Assembly (NCBI GenBank): GCA_001275005.1
Contig: JWZX01002071.1
Span: 1-33,557 of the forward strand
Source of the DNA: Chrysochromulina tobinii
Taxonomy: Eukaryota
DNA length: 33,557 nt
Reading direction: 5' to 3'
Shown here: piece after piece, positions 28,901-33,557 of the stretch
Position numbering within the stretch: the stretch's first letter is position 1
Layout of the letters: each line of letters begins with the position of its first letter
Program-made: the position numbers and the translations under genes
The notes under the pieces: model-generated
The model's database searches: none
What the model was told of the DNA's origin: nothing
What the model saw: the letters and a program-made list of their open reading frames with translations, nothing else

Positions 28901-31900
28901 AACGATCGACAAGATTCCAGCGGGTCAGCTCGACGATCTTGTACGTCTCCCAGGTGATTGCCGGCAAGTAGTTCTCGCTGCCGGTGCAACCGCCAAAAGG
29001 TAGGGAAGATCCATCACAGTTTGCGCCCGAAAAGTCACCGATGAAGTATTTGGGCGCTATGCCGTCCTGGGATTCGTGCTGAATGTACATCGGCCTGCTC
29101 TTATCCTCATCGCTCATCTGCGGCTGGGACCAGGTGCGCATGTACTTGAGCATGCGGCCGGGTTTTACACCGCACGCTTGGGTGCACGGGACGAGCTCCC
29201 GTGAGCCCCCGAAGACGTTCTCCTCGTACAGGCGCCAGAGAAGCTGGATCCCCTCTGGATCCTGGCCGGTGTAGTCGGTGCGATTTGGGTACATTTCTAG
29301 CAGCTTGTCGACCCAGTTGCAGAGCGTCTCGCCGTGCCGGTCGTGGATCGCATAGTGATCCTGTGCTATATCCCCACTCCCCTCCTCGGGAACCTCTGTC
29401 ATTTCGACTTCCTTGCCGCCAAGGCACCATTTGTCCCGCTGCTCCATGTACCGGGGGACGTTTTGAGCAACGAAGCTCCAGAGACAGGAGAGCTTGAGGG
29501 CGCAGATTGGGATGTCGTTCTGGACGGCCTCAAAGTGGGGCGGGATGAAGCTCTCTCCCGCAAAGGCAGCCGTTGGATTGGCGGTGCCTCCCGCTGCACA
29601 AAGCTCCTTTGTCTCGTCGAGCAGCTCGAGGAACCACTCGGCTCCGGAGTGCTGGTCGGCATACAATAGACCACGAATGGCCCCCTGAGTCTCATCGGGG
29701 GTCTGCCGGCCGAAGTCCTCAATGTTGCCGTTCTCCTGCATCCAATCCCACACGTCATCGAACGGCTTGTAGATCTCGGGGTCCATCTCGGACTTAGGGT
29801 CGAAAGGTTTGTTGCGCCCGGACCAGTGGAGCACGGTGGCATCTCCAAGGAACTTCGAGGCGTTCATTTTGTTGGCGTTCAAGTCGGCCTTCGAGATGTA
29901 GCCGAGACCATCGACGAAGGCTGGGTCGCCCACCAGCGAGTTCCAGCACACCACCGTGTCTGCAAACGCGAAGTATGAGATTCCGAGGCCGAAGGAAAGG
30001 GACGTCTCGGGGAGTAGCTTCTTCTCATAGTTGGCGCGCATGTAGTTGTCGAAGCGATCGGTCATATTCTGCGCCCTCCACTCGGTCATGTTGAAGCGCG
30101 ACATGCCGAAGTTCCACTTCGGCTGCGCTGTGGCGTTCAGCTCTCTGCCATTAAAGTCCCTGCTCCACTGCATGATGATCTCCGCGAACTCGTCCTTCTG
30201 GCACTGACGATGGCCACTCTCTTCCGCCGACATCGTGCACCCAATGTACCCACTCGCCTTATCCTTCCCAAGGTACGTGACTGGGTAATCGACCCAGCTA
30301 AAGGCATTGACGTAGGGCTTGTTGCGCATGCAGTCCTCATCCCAGAGCCATCCGTTGCACGTACCGGCGATGACGATGCCTTCGCCCATGGGAATCTCGA
30401 GGCTTGCAATCGGCTTCTGAATGACGATGTCGTCGTCGCAGAAGAAGAGCGTCTCGAGGCCACGGAACGGCCCGAGGTACGGCAGGTAGAAGCGAAGCAT
30501 GTTGAACGGGTCGTGATGCATGTTGTCATAGTCCCATGGCTCAGGATGGAGGATGGTCGGTGGCTGGTGATCCTGGTCTTGGAAGCCGCCCTGCGAGCCG
30601 AATTGTGGCCACTTCCAAAGCGGAGAGACGCCGTCCTTTTCAAGAGTGGCAGTCGCCTCGTCGATGTCCATCACGTGGATCGTCTGCTTCGGCGCTACAG
30701 GCATGAGTGCAGTTTCGAGACGATTCAGCAGGGACGTGTAGTTGAGCGCCTGGGCTTGGGTGTCGCCACGCTGGATGTCGCCGATGAGCCAAATGTCGAT
30801 GTTGGTCTCTGGACTGTTCATGAAGAGAGAGCCGATGGCCACGACGATAGCTGCGAAGCGATCGGACAGGATCACGATGGTCGTACGCTCGCCAGTGTTG
30901 CAGTTCACGAGTCCACAGCGCGCAGATTCGGGCACCCCTGCGTCTGGCGTGGGCACCACAAGGGCCTTGTGTGTTGGCGCGGGCTCCTCGGCCGGGGCGG
31001 TTGTGTTCGATGCCGGGGCGGTTGTGCTCGATGCCGGGGCGGTTGTGTTCGATGCCGGGGCGGTTGTGTTCGATGCCGGCTCACCGAAGCTCTCGGGGGC
31101 CTCGGGGGTGAGGGGGCTTTCGATCGCGGCAGAGTCTTCCCCCGAGGTCGGCTCGATCACGGTCTCATCAAAGCTTGGCTCATCCAGCTTGACTGGTGCT
31201 CCAGGCTGCATCTGGCACGTGCCCCACTGTGTACCAGGTTGGTAACCGACGCACAGCGGGGTCGCCCAATCACACGCTTCCCATTCGGGCACGGAGCCAG
31301 TCTGGCCGCAGCACGCCTCCGTCTTGTTGTAGTGCGCGCTGCATTGCACGCCATAGATGTTGCCCGAATTGGTAATGGACTGCCTAGGCGCCGAGAGCGG
31401 AGTCTCCGACGACGTGTCCCCCAGCAGCGCCGCGCAATCTGAGCACTGAGAGCACTCCAGAAACAAGGAGCACTTGATTTCCAAGGGCGCCTTATGTTCC
31501 ACGCACCACGGCTCGCACCAGCTGGCCGAGATCGACGCATCGAGATGGGTCAACTTGAGTTGTTTGATGGTCTCAAGCAACTGCTCGGGCAGTCCTAGTG
31601 TGTCTTCTGGCTCATCGGAAAACGGAGAAGCCCCATCCCTCGGAAGACGGGGTACGGGTGGTGGGGGCGGCAGCATGCACGTGTTGCACGAGAATTGGCA
31701 GTACACGTGCATGTAGTCGACGTTGCGGTCGCACTCGCCCGCCTCCGCCCAGGGCGGGCAGCTCTCGTTATCATCGACACACGTTGACGGGGAGGGTGCT
31801 GGCGGCGAGGGCAAGGGCGGCGAGGGCGGCGACGGAGGTGAAAATGGAGGCGACGGCGGCGGCGGGGACGCCGGAGGCGGCGGCGGCAATGGTGGCGGCG

Positions 31901-32702
31901 GCGGCAATGGTGGCGGCGGCGGGGACGCCGGAGGCAGCGGCGAGGGCGGCGAGGGTGGCGAGGGTTGCGGAGGCGACGGCGAGAGATGGCCGTGGAACGA
32001 GAGCGACTGATCGGGATCAAACAGCTCATCAGGCACATCGGGCACCTGGGGCAGAGCAGGCAGGTCTGCCGTCGGCAGATCAGGCATCTTGCGGAGCTGC
32101 GCGAGCAGTTCCTCGAGCTCTCGCTGGAGGTCCTCCTCGCGAGACTCCATCTCTGACGCCGAAGGCGGCGAGGGAGGCGGGCCGCCGGGCTGGGCGGCGG
32201 CGGCGGGCTGTGTGGCGATGGCGGCCATCTTCGCCAGACGATGACGGAGACGTTGCTCCGGTTCGCCAAATCGAGCCTCGAGCTCTGCAAGCTTCTCGTC
32301 TACGATCGATCGTTCCTGGACGATCGAACGATCGAGCTCTGCGAGCTTCTCGTTGTCGACCAAGCTCGCGTTCCTCAAGGTCGGGCCGGTTGCGGTGGTC
32401 GGCACTATCGTTTTCGGCTCCTTGTTCAGCGCAAAGTGCCCATCAGATTTGAATTCGACCGGCACGAGTCGGTCACTTCCGGTAACTTCAAGCTCCGGCG
32501 ATTGGGATGAGTCCACATGTTCGTCAAGCCCATGCACGTGCTCCGGGTATCCAATAGAAGCACTCGGGTATCCTGCCGCCGAGGACGCCGCGCACGCGAT
32601 GCCAAATATAAAAGTGCGCCGTGCGCGGCTGCTGGTTTTACTCAGTGAATGTCGAAGTCGGGGTGCGGTGATGCATGTCCCGACGCTCACCACCTCAGTC
32701 AT
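22919..32702 (-). CDS. Giant multidomain glycan-synthesis protein: coiled-coil/Pro-rich - ShK - Cys-rich - GT8 (GAUT-like) - 3x sulfotransferase-like - GH-A-like barrel - beta-sandwich - ShK; one frame break near 24707-24799
   Basis: ORFs 24456-32957 and 22919-24706 overlap in different frames inside the GH-like region. Likely start is the ATG at 32702, followed by the weakly hydrophobic 'RRTFIFGIACAASSAAG'. Domain motifs are given in the sub-features. Confidence 0.8.
23459..23566 (-). other. ShK toxin-like domain (C-terminal copy)
   Basis: CRDADDVPCVAWAEEGECERFPAFVPALCSASCGSC. Confidence 0.85.
23770..25800 (-). other. Clan GH-A (GH42/GH35 beta-galactosidase-like) barrel plus C-terminal beta-sandwich; approximate bounds
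   Basis: 'VNIVIRWSEFEPLPDQYVWTAFD', 'YYPQWLF', 'VPNFHDVTYVARYKRAHEAVAAKL'. The later 'LTLRVVYFD...FYVGYD...NTLRWREVTLNITDGRF...NGADVWL' resembles a CBM-like jelly roll. Confidence 0.6.
26250..27213 (-). other. Sulfotransferase domain 3 (Sulfotransfer_2/Gal-3-O-ST-like) with canonical PAPS motifs
   Basis: 5'-PSB 'FHHVPKTGGTTL' and 3'-PB 'FMLRDILPHRISFF'. Confidence 0.85.
27378..28165 (-). other. Sulfotransferase domain 2, degenerate paralog of domain 3
   Basis: 'FAWQKNANGVEISKYL...VPGS' and 'FMRDVLSHRIQAFF', colinear with domain 3. Confidence 0.7.
28640..29672 (-). other. Sulfotransferase domain 1 (Stf0/NodH-like, divergent)
   Basis: 'LLYADQHSGAEWFLELLD' (cf. QRSGSTW), 'KIVELTRWNLVDRCLVES' (cf. 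LxRxNxL...S), 'LIHYE'. Confidence 0.6.
29740..30885 (-). other. GT8 glycosyltransferase domain, galacturonosyltransferase (GAUT/GATL)-like
   Basis: 'FNMLRFYLPYL', DxD 'FCDDDIVIQKPI', 'WNFGMSRFNMTEWRAQNMT', 'GLGY', 'VLHWSGRNKPF'. Confidence 0.9.
30991..31078. repeat. 21-bp coding minisatellite x4 encoding (PASNTTA)n, a mucin-like linker with N-glycosylation sequons
   Basis: gccggggcggttgtgYtcgat repeated four times. Confidence 0.95.
31677..31781 (-). other. ShK toxin-like domain (N-terminal copy)
   Basis: CVDDNESCPPWAEAGECDRNVDYMHVYCQFSCNTC, following an SP2-5 extensin-like tract. Confidence 0.9.
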
Positions 32703-32891
32703 CTGCGCCGTGGTACTTGTGCCCCCTCGCAGAAGGGAGCAATTGGCACGATGAGGCGGGCAAGTGTAAGCGTCTGCGAGGGAACGCGATTCGATCACGT
32801 CGATTGTCACCAAGGGAGTTCCAAGGCTTTTTGCCAAGCCTTCGAGCCTCGCAATGTTTGGCGATGGCGTGGGCGCCGCAGCAGGAAAACA

Positions 32892-33000
32892 TGCCGGGCA
32901 CCGCCAGCGACGTGCGCAGCAACGGCACAGCAACGTCGCTGGCGGCACTACATGCACGTACTGCCGCCAGCGACATGCGCAGCAACGGCGGTGCCCGGCA
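32892..33000. repeat. 109-bp fold-back (MITE-like) element with 14-bp perfect terminal inverted repeats
   Basis: tgccgggcaccgcc (32892-32905) and ggcggtgcccggca (32987-33000). Internal 13-bp inverted repeats and a ~25-bp direct repeat. No TSD seen. Confidence 0.6.
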
Positions 33001-33557
33001 GCTTGCGCGGCACCGCTATACGAGAGAGCGCTTGCCTGAAAAATCCAACCTAATTTGGGTTTGCTGAAATTCCAACCTTATTAGTCGACACAAAACGAAG
33101 CATGCGTGAAGGACTTTTCTTCGATTCATGGATGGAGAGAGTTTCGGGATGCCTGAGTTACCGTCTCTCGCGTCTCGGGCTCATTACGGGCTCATCGGGG
33201 GTACGTTCCGGCCGGGCTCACCGGTCACCGCAAGCCGCACCGCCGGCCGCACCCTGCACGCGTGCTTGCTTGCTTCAGCGGTGCGTGTCTTCATCTCGCC
33301 GACCGCCTTTGAGCAGGCGCGGGGAGGCGCTCTGGGAGCGGGAGGGTGCCAGATCGGGTATTTGCAAGGGGCGACCTCACACTTATATCTGAGTCGGCCG
33401 CTGGGTTGGCGCCACATGGCACGGCACCTCCTGGTACATGGCCTGGACTTGCGCGTCCGTCGGTGAGTCGCGGTTTGGTTGTGAGGTTCGTCTGTGTTCC
33501 GTGTGACTTGTGTTTGTCCCGGATGGTCTTGAACTTGAAGTCTTGAACATGACGAAC

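Noticed and set aside
32703..32957. First 85 aa of the 2833-aa ORF
   Set aside because: Begins inside the fold-back element and is not protein-like; the ATG at 32702 is preferred, though unproven.
1..33557. Prokaryotic operon or viral genome interpretation
   Set aside because: Spliceosomal introns, a Rab-GAP, microsatellites and long spacers indicate a eukaryotic nuclear chromosome.

Overview
GC-rich eukaryotic nuclear DNA, not prokaryotic. It has spliceosomal GT-AG and GC-AG introns, satellite-filled introns, a Rab-GAP, ShK domains and a bipartite plastid-type leader. By inference it is a haptophyte or similar secondary-plastid alga. About 13 protein genes can be supported: a ZIP-like transporter, a TPR + PhyH-type 2OG-Fe(II) dioxygenase, an HtrL/YibB-like glycosyltransferase, two intronless lower-GC SAM methyltransferases with signal-like N-termini, a TBC1D13-like Rab-GAP, a bacterial-type threonine synthase with a hydrophobic extension, a probable plastid membrane protein with duplicated Trp-rich and SWYDxGxRL motifs, four hypothetical or coiled-coil proteins, and a giant gene on the minus strand. 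The giant gene (about 22919-32702, about 3260 aa, one frame break) is the standout. It fuses Pro-rich/ShK/Cys-rich modules, a GAUT-like GT8 glycosyltransferase, three sulfotransferase-like domains, a clan GH-A-like glycosidase barrel, a beta-sandwich and a second ShK, suggesting a single-chain assembly line for a sulfated uronic-acid polysaccharide. Intergenic DNA carries short direct repeats, fold-back elements and microsatellites. No rRNA, tRNA, CRISPR array or transposase was recognised. All family calls come from motif recognition by eye, not database searches.
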